A stretch of 60,953 nt of DNA, counting the filler, from Circinaria calcarea (Eukaryota): the NCBI GenBank assembly GCA_051942165.1. It is 12 parts of 12 records of this genome, joined end to end, with 100 filler letters (N's around TTAATTAATTAA, not from the genome) between each part and the next. Parts side by side here need not be neighbours in the genome. Positions count along the whole stretch, not along the records: positions 20,383 to 25,374 come from JAVECS010002090.1; positions 25,475 to 30,465 come from JAVECS010002091.1; positions 30,566 to 35,555 come from JAVECS010002092.1; 9 more parts are not named here. One strand, written 5' to 3'. The notes below the pieces were generated by a model, which saw nothing but the letters and a program-made list of their open reading frames with translations, had not been told where the DNA came from and searched no databases. The translations under genes were made by a program, and so were the position numbers. Positions 21,901 through 35,655 of this stretch are shown piece by piece. Position 1 is the stretch's first letter; each line of letters starts with the position of its first letter.

Positions 21901-24900
21901 TTCCTGGAGAGTATCGGAGATATCTTCTAGAAGACTAGAAGAACTATTAATATTGCTAATTAATTTATGCATTGTGGATGACCTCAAAGTAAAAAGGAAG
22001 AAGCAGTAGTACAAAACTGCAGTACAAAGTCAGTAAAAACCTCCTTTTCTTAGAACCGGGTCCTTATAGGTGCAGTCATTTTCATTCACTGTTCCGTAAC
22101 AGTACAGTTTTCAAGACGTCACCTGACATTATTCTCACAAATGCTCGAGTCGGTCCACCTTTTGCTAGTCCTATTAGTTTTATCGGAATTTTCTTGACCG
22201 CGCTGCTGCTGCCCTCAAGGATTCCGGATCACTATTTTTCCTGTCTTTTGTCAAACGCTCCGAAATACTTTGATGGTTGTCTGCCTCCCTATGTTATCCC
22301 TCACGAATCCCCAAATATTACTCGATCGGGTGGTGGTTCATAATCATCTTCGGCTGTTTGATCATGGTTATGGTAGCGTACTTGTGGGCAGTTATGGTGT
22401 GCCGGCGTTAGGTACATACATAAAAACTTTCCGTTGCTAGGTGAGAAAACCTATTAATAAAAAGCGAAGGCTGTTGGCTTAGGAAAAGGGGATGTGAATA
22501 TAAAAAATGGTGTATCCAAAGGTATTTCTATCTCATAACTGAAATATAGCAAAAGCGTTCAGAGACATCGAGGGTGAAATGCCAATATAAGAATGTGTTC
22601 TGGGTATTGAAACAAGTAAACGCTCCACTTCGAAGTCCTTGCATCCATCTACTATAGTCCTAGGGAACTTAGGACGTGTTTGAGGTGGATAAGGACTCTA
22701 CCCCGAAACTTTCTCGATTTATTATAGAGAAATTGACATTCGGCGCTCTGGTCCACCGCCTTTGTTAACGCCCGTAGCTATTCCCAAATAGAGATATCCT
22801 TGGTGAGGAAGGGAGTCCGGGAGGAAGAGTTTGAGAATCTCCCAAGTTTATAAAGGTTGTCCACCATTTCTTCGGTTGTGAACTTTTCTTTGTCTCTTTC
22901 CCCTTCACCCTCCTACCCAATGCTGATTTAGCTTCCCATGATGATGATTTCGTCTTCTATAGGTAAGCTGTTCGAACTTTGGTGATATTGCTACTGTAAC
23001 TCGGTTGACGAGTTTTGACGTTGAATTCCGCTGTTCCTCTTGCGAACCTCCGCTCTGCAGCGATATTTAAACCTGAACGGGATCCACGACCGATGTGGGA
23101 ACCATGATACTTGTGGACCATGCGGTTGACTGCCTTATCCTGCAAGCTACCTAGCGTAATATATTTCTTGATATCTCAAAATCTGTCGGCTTGGATGTGG
23201 CCAAACGTAGATAAACAATAAGATGTTTTCAATCATTTCACCCAGCTCAAATATCCACCTTCCCTCATTTTAAATGACCGACCCTCCCATGGTGGGAGGT
23301 CTTGCACCACGAGACGGCATTAAAATACCCCATAGGGCAGCCGTAGGTGCCGCTGCTGAGGTATCACTTCGTCGTCAATGGAAACTGATCGTACATCAAG
23401 GATATACCATACCTTCGAATGTAGCTGTCGTGCTTATTGCGTAGAGGAATTTCCTAAGTAGAAGCCATACAATCTGCGGTTTTTTAGACGGAAAGCCCAG
23501 TCATTATAGAGGTTGAGGAATTTTGTAGAATATTACTAGTGTCGTCGAGAACTTGTACTTGTACTCCCATTCCCTGCCGATTTGTCTCCATACATTGAGA
23601 TCTTGCGTTGGATGCTTACCTGCTTAACCCTCATACTTGCAATCTCTTCTCGTATGGTCCAGTATGTCTAACCTGTTTTTAAATATTTTACTTTGTCTCT
23701 CGAAGCTAATATGATAGTTCGTTTCGCTTTAATTGACGGTTGGTGTTCCATTTCGCTTTTTCCCGAAGAAGCCAAACCCCCTATATTCCCTGATAGCCTC
23801 CTCGTTGTTCCGTAGGCCTATGGTTGGGGTATCCACTTGAGTACGAGGTCGCTTACGGCCCCGGTCCTATGCCTTAAGAGCGGCTGTTACTAGTCCCCAC
23901 CGCCGGTTGAAATCAAGGTTTCCATCGTTAGAGGTCTCGACTCATGCTTCGATTTTCCGACATCGCGGCAGGTGCATAGATGCTCGAACTCAGTGGTATC
24001 GCATGCCTTTCTTGAACAATCTGATTTCTTCAGAGACTGGGATTGGGCGAAATTGCGGCTGGCTTATTACCAGTACCCAGATCTGAGCACCTTATCGTGT
24101 TATGTGTGCTCTGGACGCTCCTTACGATGTGACCTTCCTGGCTACGGTGATCCCTGGTTAGCTTTCCAATCGAGCGAATTACTATAAGCCAGATTGCGTT
24201 GTCGACACTGACTCCCCAAAGTCTAAAGACCAATACCACCTTCAACCCCTTAACTTGAATCACCGAAATGAATCATCCCCAGCTATGATCATGATACCTA
24301 GATTTCCTAAAGCTGCACCTATACTTACGGAAATATTAACATGCTCATCATATATATAATCGGGGAATTAAGACAGTTAAAAAGAAACGAAAGACCCTAC
24401 ATTACATACCGAGTAACGCCCGAGCCAGGGAGAGGTTTCCCTATGGATTCGCGGAACAGTCGATACGCGGATAGATTGGTCGAAAGAGGTCATCCGGCCC
24501 AGTCAAGGCAGGATGAATAGTCCGTCTCCAACGTTCGAAGATAGAAGGCTAATCCATTAGGGTTTTCATAGACTAGATCCATACTGAGATGTTTAATCCG
24601 GGTATAGAACAGAATCCGGGTCCGGGGTGATTATGGAGAAGAGGGATGGATAATTCTTGGGAGGTTGTTGACCAGACTCGCAAGACGGCTCGAACTGAAG
24701 GAAAAGCAGTCTGGTACTTATAGCCGCAGACAATATGACAACCAAACCCCTCTGGTCCTCCTTTTCCACAAGATACCGAGTAGAGAATGTGCGTCCTATG
24801 ACACGAAGAGCGGGCTTTGTTGCAAAAAGAAAGCTGGGCACGTGATAATGGAGTAGTACACCGTAGCTGACTAAGAAACGAAGCGAGTTCACGGTGCAAG

Positions 24901-25474
24901 GTGACCTCAAACGACTGTCCTTTCTTTTGGAATGTCGCCTATCGAGAAACCAGTTACTATACAAACAAGTAAACTTATTTGTACCGCTATGAAAACATGG
25001 TCGTAAGTAAGGAAAAGGTATGTCAACCAAATAAAATTCCAAGTAGAAGATCCGAACCCCATTCGCTCAGCACTCCTTGGCAAATTATGAAACTTATGCC
25101 GGATATGTAGGAAGTGAAAAGAACTGTCCAAGAATTCATAATATCCCATTCTTCCTGCTTGACATGCCTCGGCCAGATATTCAGGAGCCCTTAACCTACT
25201 GCCTATGCTTTGCGCTGAGCCAATCTGAGATTTATTGATCAGACATAGTATTGGCGTCTGCTATCCGTTGATCTTCGGCGATGACTTGCGTTACGGGAGT
25301 GACCTCGTCTACGTATACATTCAGTTTCGTCCGTCAACAGATGATGAGATATAAACCGTGACTTACCGCGAATCNNNNNNNNNNNNNNNNNNNNNNNNNN
25401 NNNNNNNNNNNNNNNNNNTTAATTAATTAANNNNNNNNNNNNNNNNNNNNNNNNNNNNNNNNNNNNNNNNNNNN

Positions 25475-26069
25475 TCTCGACGTTCCAGATTATGACGGTC
25501 GTGTCGGCGCTGCCGGAGACGAGGACGTCCTGGCCGTCGGGGAGACGGACGTAGAGGACGCATTTGACAAAGTCCGTGTGCCCTCGGAATCGGATTCCGG
25601 GCGCGCGGGTGCTGGTGGACCAGGACCAGATGGTTTTATCCCAGCAGCCGGCGTAGATGGTTTGTTTCGAGGGCGGGGAGACGGTAAGGGATGTTAGGGG
25701 AGCGGTGGGACCGGTGAAAAGGGTGTGTTTATGGGGTGCCTGTGGAGAAGGGCGGCTTTAGCTTGTAATTCGGGGGTTTTGTGAAGGGGAGAAAAGAGGG
25801 TTCGTACCTACTTCTAACGAAACGCGTCGAACTGTACCGGCGGCTTCGGCGACGTAGACGTGATTTGGAGAGGTAGGATCGGGGATGAGAGCGAGGATTT
25901 TGCTGGGGAGACGGATGGGGTTGCCATGATTGTTTTTGGATTTGGCAGCTTTACGGCGGGCGGTGGTGATGGAGTCTCTACTATAGATTAGCCGTAAGAT
26001 CCCAAGGGATAGGAGGGGAGACGCGTACGTGGTCTGGAAGAAGTGGTCTGGATCGGTGGATTGTGACAT
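25475..26069 (-). CDS. WD40-repeat protein, 5' part (3' end cut by contig edge)
   Basis: MSQSTDPDHFFQT..RKAAKSKN..VYVAEAAGTVRR, then IYAGCWDKTIWSW and GHTDFVKCV..LVSGSADTTVIIWNVE WD repeats. Two introns. Confidence 0.88.
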
Positions 26070-26797
26070 TTTGCTGATAGGGTTTCGGTCGAAATATCGC
26101 CTATTTCCAGTGATGCGGCCAGGGGCTACGGATCAAGCCCTCCCTTTTGATGCCACGCCTAGCTCAAACCTACAACCCTTCTTTTTATAAAGTACACCCA
26201 TTGACCTCCGTCGGAAAACACGACCAATGCTAATAATAACTTGCTAGGTGCTTAATACCGAAAATCCAAGGCTTCACGATTATTTATATAAGAATCTGTT
26301 AGATTGAGCGCTTAATCCTCTTTGTTTTCGATTCAAAATATCCATTGCGTCAATGGTTTCATTCTATTATATTCCCTTTAGTTGGGTTGTTGTCAATTCC
26401 CGAAATTTAAGCTGTTTCTCTCAATAAAACCCTTAGCCGGAAAGGACAGGAGAAGGTGCTAACTCTGAGAATGCTGGGTTTGGACAAGGACGTTCTACTT
26501 TGCATTCTCGCTTTCCTTTTATTGTTACTTGGATATATATGATGATTGATTGAGCTGATCTTGTTTATTGGTCATCCCCGAGGATCTATCACCAAGTTGG
26601 ATATTGTAGTTCTATTCGGTTTCAGAATATCGAAAGAATTCCATAAGTAAAACTAACATATCGCAATCGCAATAGGAATGTCCCAGACTACTGGGAACAG
26701 CACGACATATCACGGTCAGCCCGCTTATAGAGACAGTGGACACTGTCAAAGACAGGCTACACTTTCTCTTCCGATGAAACTGGAATGCAGAACACCA

Positions 26798-28308
26798 TCA
26801 AGGTCCATCAAATGTGTCCGTAATTGGAGTCCTATAGCACTTGGTCGGTTCTCGAGGCGAATTATCTCCAGAGCCGCGATTCCCAACGCTTACGGTAATA
26901 TCATTCGTCAAAAGAATACCATCAGCAAGCTCGGGATCTTTCACGGGCTTACCGTTATGAGTTTGGCTTTTACTGCCTGGATAAACTGATGCCCTTTTCT
27001 TTTTCGAATCCGTATTTTTGAAGTCCTTGGACTTTATGAAATAGGAAAAATGGAATCTATAGGAGAACTTGCGAAGCTTGTTGGAGTCTCCTGCTCGGAT
27101 ATAGCGACTGCATAGCTTGCGCCACAAATCATGGTATGTGGCCATGCACGCGGCTGCTACTGTCACCAGCAGCTCGGTCGAGCTCCATAGTATCAACCTA
27201 ACGGTCTTGTCTGCATAAACAATCGAATTAGTACTCTTAAGTAGATATCTCATTCTCAAAATTGGAGGGAGCAGACACATTCCAAAAGGTGCTTGCTCAC
27301 AGTTGTAATCGGATTTGGCGTTAAGCTGAGTGAGGGCGATTGCTCGTGCGATCCCACAAGCTGCAGCGCTGCATGGTGGTTAGCAACCATCAAAGACAGA
27401 AATTTTCATCCAACCCACAATATGCCTAGACTCATGGAGCAACAGATGAACAGTCTGGTATTGCGTGCCATATTTAGTGGCCAGATCACAATCCAGGGCA
27501 TAATTGCGTAAAGTAGGTCAACTGCCACAAGCACACCTATCCGTTTCAGCATGATGATAAAAAGACCACAAATCACGGAATGCTTACTGCTTAGACATAT
27601 GCAGAATACGGAGTACTGCTTTGGTGTCATCCAGCAATTCGCCGGGATTGTCGGATTCCAATTATGTTTTGGCGGAATGCATTGTATAAAACCGAATAAA
27701 GAGGCGCAAAAGCACCAGAGGCTGACGATCACTATTGTGAACAAGAGAATTATTTTATGGCTTCTCTTTATGACAATTCGAAGCTGAAAGGCCGCAATCG
27801 CTGCTTTGCTGAAAGCTATGCTGATCCAACAGAGAACCTGCGCTACCATGATATGTAGGGTGGCCATTGAAACCTGTCCGGGGTTGAGAAGGTGGAAATG
27901 TTGGCCATAGCCGTTGAGAGAAGCCGTAGTACCGAAAACGCTATAAAGTGCTAGGAAGATCTTATAATTAGTCAGTAATAATCTCGCGTTAAAATTATAT
28001 AAGGTATAGGAGCGACCTGAAAGCTATAGTAAATATGAAATTAGGATGATTAGTATGGTTAGTAAGGAAAACGTCCAAAACATTGTCATTGATAACCTTA
28101 ATTTTCGTACTGACTTCACGAAGCATATGCTTTCCCGGTAATAGAAAATACTAACCCAACAGATCATAATAAGAAGGTCATCCCATCCAGCATTGGAGCG
28201 CAGAATAGTCCGGCAATATAATCTTAGCGCGATGAAAAAGAAAGCCAAAGTTGTCTCAGTCCACATAATAGCGATAACTATCGGTCCCAGGGCCCCGGGC
28301 GATGACAT
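26798..28308 (-). CDS. PTH11-like integral membrane protein (fungal rhodopsin-domain GPCR-like)
   Basis: ALRLYCR..AGWDDLL, SKAAIAAFQLRI, FIQCIP...WNP...NC, DLLYAIMPW..IWPLNM, MSLGI, LILWSSTEL..AAC. Multi-exon. Confidence 0.9.
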
Positions 28309-30011
28309 GTTAGCAGGTTATTACTGAAAAGCTTAAAATTTCAAACGAAGGATTTAGACTTAAATATAGGAGACCGATGGCTAAAACATATAATATGCCC
28401 CACTACTCTTATTTGAACCCTCAAACCTCTGTTGGCCGCCGCGGTGGTGCATTGCTTTGCATGTGCAGACTGATTGTGGTTGCATAAACTAAAGTTGGAG
28501 TGGATGCTCATTTCTAAATCTGGAAGGCATGAGGCACAGGGTGTTATGGCGTATCGTGTGTCAAAGAAAGAAATTCAGGGTATGGTCGAACCTATAGATT
28601 GAAAGTCCGCAGGTGACATCCAAGTCTTCCCGTGCCTGGAATGCTCTGGGAATTGTGTATACCAATCACCGAAAGGCGAACAGAATTCTGGGAATGAGGA
28701 TCCCGGAGCAGGTGCCTCCCTTGTACAGATTACGCTTACACGTCAGTCATACCTCTCCAGATTTCCACAAGGGATTACTTCGACGGAGGAATATCAGCCA
28801 TGGCATTCAGCTGACATTACGAGGTAATGGGCCTTTAGGTCGATTTTCGCAAGCACCGACTTCCACCTTTGATTCTATAGTTGGTTAGCGATGTTAGAAA
28901 CTGTTAATAAGATGGAAAGTTCCCTCTGTTCTTATCCTCTATTCGCTTCCTCTTAGGTATGGAGAGACCAAGCACCAAGCAACTTGCTATCATCTTATTT
29001 CTAAGCGGGACTAGCTCCCCCAACGGACGCCTTTAGCAGTGCGGCTCAGCAACGCAGCAGTACGGCTCAGCAACGCAACAGTACTCGACGGCAATCCCTC
29101 GGAGCTGAGTTGAACGGCAGGCTCTAGGCTTCCGGTTCGAGAGCATGGCAATGATCCTCAATTCAGATTCACGAGAGACGACTGCAAGAGAAGGCCGTGA
29201 TTTCTGATGGTCGTGTTACCATAGCCGGACCGCCGAACGGTTATGCCTGCTATAACCTTACGAATAAGTGTGTGGACCTCTTGAGATTCTGGGCGTTTGG
29301 GAACGTTTATGTATCTTGGGACAGTTGGCAAAATTTGGATGGCTGACCACGGCAGTCATTGTCACCCATAGTAGCCTAGCTTCAGGCCTTCTGGCTTTAC
29401 CAGTCGTGGGGCCGTTCGGAAAGCCCGCCAGTACACAGCAGACAGACACGGAGGCTGCATCCGCATGTGAGCTCGCCCGCCCTCTACTCCAAGTAAGGGA
29501 TTGCACAGCAACTCTGCAGCAATGGAAGATGGCTGAATATCGGTGATGGCTTCCGAATCAATCTGAAATCCCGGATGCAGTAATGCAGTTCGTGCCGCCC
29601 TCTCCGTTTCCGACTCCCTTGGCTCGTTTGCTTGCTGGTGTACGGTGCCTCTCTACTTTCGCCGGGCATTTCCTTTTCCTCCATAGACACGGCTTCACCA
29701 TCAGTGTTCCTGACGTGGGAACCCGATCGGCACAGAGATATTCCAAGGGAGCCGGGAGAGATCCCGAGCCTGGCTTCCCACTTAGTACTACCACCATCCC
29801 CAAAGGCATTGCTGCGCGTGCCCCGCACGCGCCAGAGTGGCTCAGCGTTTGAATGAAACCCCCATTGGAGCACTCAGATTCATGGGTGGACGATCAACGT
29901 GCACTGTGAATTGATCACAACACCATCCCAGAGTAGGTCGTCCCTTTTCATCTATCGATTCAAACCGGTGGACGAAGCCATCCGCAGCCAAATCCGAGCA
30001 AGCTGATAACA

Positions 30012-30465
30012 ATGGCATTCCTACTCACCAGGGCCATCGTTTCTGGCGTCGTGCTTCTTGTTTTGCACCAGCTATGGGCGTACTTCAGCTCCCCTCTCAG
30101 GCAGTTTCCAGGTCCGTTCCTTGCCAAATTCACCAACCTCTGGCGCTTCTTCGATGTAAGGGGAGGCCGGGCGGAGCTCACACATCAGTTCCTCCACCGA
30201 CGACATGGCCCTGTGGTCCGCCTGGGGCCCAACTTGATCAGTCTCAGTGACCCGGAGCTGATTCGCACCGTTTACTCCACCAAGGGCAACTTCGTCAAGG
30301 TCTGGTCTCTTGTCCAGAACCTCCAGAGAACATGGAGGTCACTAACAAAGAAATCCAGACCGATTTCTACAGTGTCAACGATGTGAAGATGGGACGACAT
30401 ACGATTTCCAACATTTTTGGTACTCGGAGCAACGAGTTCCATGCTGCACAAGTGCGGCCAATCCA
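30012..30465 (+). CDS. Cytochrome P450, 5' part (pisatin-demethylase-like group), truncated by contig edge
   Basis: N-terminal TM anchor, SPLRQFPGPFLAKFTNLWR, LHRRHGPVVRLGPNLISLSDP, F-x-K|TDFY. Intron ~30300-30358. Confidence 0.9.
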
Positions 30466-30616
30466 NNNNNNNNNNNNNNNNNNNNNNNNNNNNNNNNNNN
30501 NNNNNNNNNTTAATTAATTAANNNNNNNNNNNNNNNNNNNNNNNNNNNNNNNNNNNNNNNNNNNNAAATCATGGTGACAGATCTCCATCACATCAGCTGG
30601 TTCCGCTGTGCCAAAC

Positions 30617-30824
30617 CACTCCACTCCACTCCACTCCACTCCACTCCACTCCACTCCACTCCACTCCACTCCACTCCACTCCACTCCCCTCCACTCCACT
30701 CCACTCCACTCCACTCCACTCCACTCCACTCCACTCCACTCCACTCCACTCCACTCCACTCCACTCCACTCCATTCCACTCCACTCCATCCACTCCATCC
30801 ACTCCATCCACTCCACTCCACTCC
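30617..30824. repeat. (CTCCA)n pentanucleotide microsatellite, ~40 units
   Basis: Directly visible. Confidence 0.97.
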
Positions 30825-31426
30825 AAAGTATGCGTGCCTGAGGCTTTCTATTTAGCTTCCACACAGCTAACTCCTATCATCATCATCCTGTTATTTAGCC
30901 ACCTCTTCCCTCTCCTCCCCCCATCTTTCTCTCCAAAATCAAAATAAAAATAAAAAACCTGCTAAAAGCCACCCTACGTCCTACCAAGACCTCTCCTCCC
31001 CTCTCCCCTTACTCACACATTTTTTTTAAATTTATTCAATATGAAATAGATTTCTCTACGATGGCACGATGGCACGATGGCACGGTTCCCCTGATTTCCG
31101 ATTCCCCGACTCCCCCGGTATTTACGCAAAGCGAAAAAGCTACTAGTAGTATCTACTGAGCTATACCATGGCCCATGACCCATGGCCTATAGCCGGAGAA
31201 TAGGGAATTTTCTAGCGAGAGTGAGTTCAAAAGTGGGTGGGTAGAGTGTTTCTAGGATTATGTTGATGGTTTGGTGGTGACAAAATTCCAGGGCTACGAA
31301 AGCAAGGGAAAAGGTGATTTGGATTTAAATATTCTTCCACCACTTCTACACATGCTTTCGACTGAACTTCTTCTCAATTCTTCCTAATGTCTTCCCACCC
31401 CCTTAAGAAACTCCCACACCCCTACC

Positions 31427-33367
31427 CTACCGCTCCATCATCCCCATCTTCTTCCCTGACCTCAAATCCCTCGCCTTGGCCGCTTCTTCTGCATTCCTCG
31501 GCTTCGGGATAGGCTTGACTCCAGCCGTCCCACTGGCGCTTGCAATCGACGAAGTCGTCGGCAAAGGCAGCGGGACAAACGGTTCCGTGTGCGTGGCGTA
31601 AGCAAGACCAGGGGACGAATAATCGCCCGTCAAGGGTGCGCTTCCATCTGCCAAGATCTGATGCGCCAGTGTCCTCCTGAAAAACTCCAAGGAAGCTAGG
31701 GGTTGATAAAAGGGTACTTCGTGGCCTGCCTCGTATATGCGGAGGAAGCTAAAGTTACCGTACTGGCGGACCTCGCCGTACTCGGTGCTGTCGACAACGA
31801 AAGGAGTGTAGCCTGCGGCGTTGAACTCGGTGGTATGGGTGTAATTCATCGCGAGGGAGACCGCCTCACCGCCGAACCAGTTACAGATGTAATCAGCGTC
31901 GCCGTAGATCAAGGCTACGCGAACACCATTGTTGAGGAGCATTTCCGTGTCGGTTTTGAAGGTCGGGTAAACAAAGTCCCCGGTGAATGCGAAGCCATAG
32001 TATATAGCTGTACTAGAAGCAGAGGTGTAGTTGAGATTGACACCTAGGGCTTGCTGGGTGGAGGCCATGTTGAGAAAATCTCGGAAATACTTGGGAGGAG
32101 TAGGATCGTCGTATGGGTGGCGGATGTCATACACTCCCCGACCGCTATACGCGTAATATGGCTCTTCCACAAATGTCCGGCAGAGTGTGGTAGCCTGTGA
32201 GCATATTTCGTAGCCTGCAAGAGAGTTTCTAAGTGACTGCGCACAATATTCAACATAATCGGAACAGCCGTTTTCGATGTTGTAGGCTAGCTTCATGAAG
32301 TTGTAAATGGTATCATTGACAGCTTTAATGCCATATGTATTGTTCACAGCAAATTCTGGGTAGTATGGAGCCTGGATTTGCTCATCAATGATGCCGTTTA
32401 TAATTCCCAGTGTATCCATGACTAGCAGTGTACCGTTTGCAGTGCCGTTGGCAATGGCAAGGTTTTGATCGTAGAAATAGTTGAAGAACGCTGGCCCGTA
32501 ATGTCCGCCGTCTTTGGATTTAACTGTTAGCCAAGTGAAACTCAACTTATTTGTAGGGGCCTGTTTACTTACAAGACTCTGTCCAGAGGTTGAATGTTCT
32601 TGAAGTAACTCGACCATCCAATTGAGGAAGGGCACTAAGAAAACCCTGAAGCACATTCCATGTACCAATGGCAGCAAGATCGGTTGTATCAATTGACAAG
32701 GGATCTACCACGCTGTATTGACCATCGACAGGTCCGAATGATGCATTCTGAGGTAGACCAGTATCTGAGTTGAGACTGCCCGCTACTTGCTCGGCATACG
32801 AGAATCCAACCCCAACAGGTTGCGAAAGGAACAATAAATTTGAAACTTCAGTCCAGGAATACGGATTGACCTCAGTCGTGAGGTTTTCAGTAACGTTGCA
32901 AGGTCCCAATTCTGTTTGCTTCAGCGCTATACTCCCATTGTTCTGTCATACTTTGCGTACCTTGGAACAGCCCAATTAAAGAGTCAGAGCCAGGGCCACC
33001 GTTCAACCATAATGTCAGAGGTGCCGTCGATGGGTCATGTCTGGCTTCAAAGAACCAAAAGAACATACTACACGATAATTAACAGTACCCTAGTGTACAC
33101 CGTCCGTAACCCTTACTGAGTGGTCGCATTGAGATCGATGTATCCGGCATAGGAATTTACACCGGGTGTCGTCTCACAGACACCATCCTTACCGGGTTCC
33201 TTGAACCTGATCTGCGCTCCGCTCGGCGCAGTGATTGTGGTCACACCGGTTGCATTTGCAGGTAGCTGTCGCTTGTCATGATAGGGCAATTTCACCGCAC
33301 TGATATCATGGACAAAGAAAAACAATGGCAATGCTAAGGAGATAAGCTGGTAGATTTTGGTTACCAT
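31427..33367 (-). CDS. Secreted serine carboxypeptidase, family S10 (carboxypeptidase S1-like)
   Basis: Signal peptide, [45 protein letters not shown] nucleophile motif, [23 protein letters not shown]. Three introns. Confidence 0.95.
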
Positions 33368-34328
33368 CGTAGATGGGAAGGAAGCATACAATCGGAGAAA
33401 GTAAAAATGAGAGGCGGTAGTGAACACAAGCAGGATAGCACGAGACTACATATAAATACAGACCTCCCCATAGCTCTGGATTGCCATAGAGCGAGTACCC
33501 CACCTGCATGTTCCACCATGCGTATGCAGCGAGGCTGACATGATCAAGAAAGAGGATTCCCGTATCACCCTCTCCCACACTAATGCTGCACGAGTGGGCG
33601 CGGAGGAGCAAGAGGAAGGGGATTGAGAGCACCTGCACGACCTTTGAGATAAGATGGTCCGCTGCAGCTTCTCGATATGGTTACTTGGATGAACGACAGC
33701 AAGCTTGGGATAGTTTGTGGTGGAACATCCAACAAGATGTTCAAGCATGCAGCTCGACGAAATAGAATGATGACATTGATAGTGATCGCGCGGAAACTTC
33801 CCGACCGCTGATGCAGATTCTTCAAGACGCCAAGCTCTCTAGGGAAGGTAAATACTGACGTTCCCCGCAGAGCCCTACCTTCATAGGATTCTCACCGGAA
33901 GACGAAGCTCTAGCGACGCTGTTGTTGATGAAGGCCCCTCGACCGAGAGGAAGATGCCTCGGTCGTAGGGATACTCACCGCAATTTATCATCCAGGTCAG
34001 CAAGGATGCCTTGCATATGCAATAACGCATGTAGTACTGGCAAACTCCAGACCCTTCAAGTCTAAAAGTTGACTCGATTCGATCCCAAGCAGGATGATGG
34101 ATAAGAACTTTTGGGTACACAATCTGCAGGGCAATGAAGGTAGTGTAACGGGACGAACGAGAGCCGCGAAGAGCGGTAAAGGCGAATGTGTGGGATGACA
34201 TCATATTTCACGTGACAACGTGTACCACTTATGGTAGACGCGCTAATCGCATGAGGAGATAGAAGATCAGAGATGGATCTTTGGTCGGACTCACGGCGCA
34301 AACAAACGATACTCGGATCAATCTCATC

Positions 34329-34757
34329 ATGGAAGCCACCCCGCGCATCAACGCTCAATACCTCGAATCCTTCATCAATCAAACAGTCCGCATCGTAGGC
34401 AAAGTCGTTTCTCTTCGCGGAGAGATCGCAACCTTGGACGCCCAAGGCTCCATCAACATACATCTAAATCGGGTACGCCTACAAATCGCTTGACCCTAGA
34501 CTCAATAGCCTAACGTCTTACAGGACTCGCATCTTACCGTCAACCATGCCGCCGAGATTGTGGGGAAAGTCCAGCAGGACTTGAGTGTCAAGGTCTTGCA
34601 AGCTACCGACTTTGGGAGCAATCTAGGTCAGCTTCCCTTCCTTCGAAATATGAACATCTGTGCTGAGGTGGGATTGGGATCAGACTATGCGGCTGCGGAA
34701 GCTGTGGTGGACGCCACGCATCGATACAAAGATATCTTCTATGAAGGCAACGAATAG
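34329..34757 (+). CDS. ssb3: Replication factor A small subunit (RPA14/Ssb3/Rfa3)
   Basis: MEATPRINAQYLESF..TVRIVGKV..EIVGKV..DFG..YKDIF. Introns 34473-34523 and 34627-34683 splice in frame. Confidence 0.93.
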
Positions 34758-35087
34758 AAACGGTAGTTGGGTTGCAATATCGCACCCTGCATGATCATGA
34801 GCTTGGGATATAACGACGTGATAATTCGAGGTGTGTAGTTGGTGACCCGAGCTACATGAAGCGAGCCGACATAAACCTTGAGGTTACGACCTTGAGCGTT
34901 TTGGTACACGTAGTCAGGCATGAGATGAGCTGGAATGATACTCCATGGGAATATTCTTATTTAAAAATTTGTAAGGTCAGCATGCGGAAGAGAGTTAACA
35001 TGGGTTCGTGAATCACAAGAAGGCGGTCTAGGGATTGGGAAACACGATTGAAAAGCCAATGGAAGATAAGGTCATGTGTATAATATT

Positions 35088-35555
35088 CTACAGCTCCGGC
35101 TCTTCCCATACAAGGTTACCGCTTTTATCGACTTTACATTTCCTCCTTATTACCTCTTCCACCTTCTCCCTAACTCCGGGCTTCCCGTTCCTTTGACTAA
35201 CGAATTCTTCGATAAACATGCTTTTTGATCTTCCCCCTCTTCTCACCAAACGCTCCACATCCTCTTCTCGAGGTAGCGCTAGATGTCCAAAAGGGTACTC
35301 TTCATAATCACCTTCCGATAGAAGCTGCATTCTCCTGTCTCCAGCAACTGTGAAGAACTCTTCCACATCAGTGTCCTGAACACCTTCCACAGTCGGTGGA
35401 TCCCAAACTGGCGGAGTTGGGGGCTTGTTTATTAGTCTCGCTGAGACACCATTCACAAAGTCTGGATGGCTCATGAATCGACTGGCAATGTGATATTCCC
35501 GCTGAAAGGTTTCCGATATTCCCCAACCCTTCCCTAGCCGCAGCTGACGAAGAGC
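35088..35555 (-). CDS. 3-hydroxyisobutyryl-CoA hydrolase (Ehd3/HIBCH-like), C-terminal part
   Basis: LRQLRLG..W.ISETFQREYHIASRFMSHPDFVNGVSARLI.KP...P.W.P. 5' part is beyond the contig edge. Confidence 0.9.
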   Translation of the reverse strand, partial: ALRQLRLGKGWGISETFQREYHIASRFMSHPDFVNGVSARLINKPPTPPVWDPPTVEGVQDTDVEEFFTVAGDRRMQLLSEGDYEEYPFGHLALPREEDVERLVRRGGRSKSMFIEEFVSQRNGKPGVREKVEEVIRRKCKVDKSGNLVWEEPEL

Positions 35556-35655
35556 NNNNNNNNNNNNNNNNNNNNNNNNNNNNNNNNNNNNNNNNNNNNT
35601 TAATTAATTAANNNNNNNNNNNNNNNNNNNNNNNNNNNNNNNNNNNNNNNNNNNN

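Noticed and set aside
30514..30864. ORFs with VEWSG / HSTPL repeats
   Set aside because: Translations of the (CTCCA)n microsatellite.
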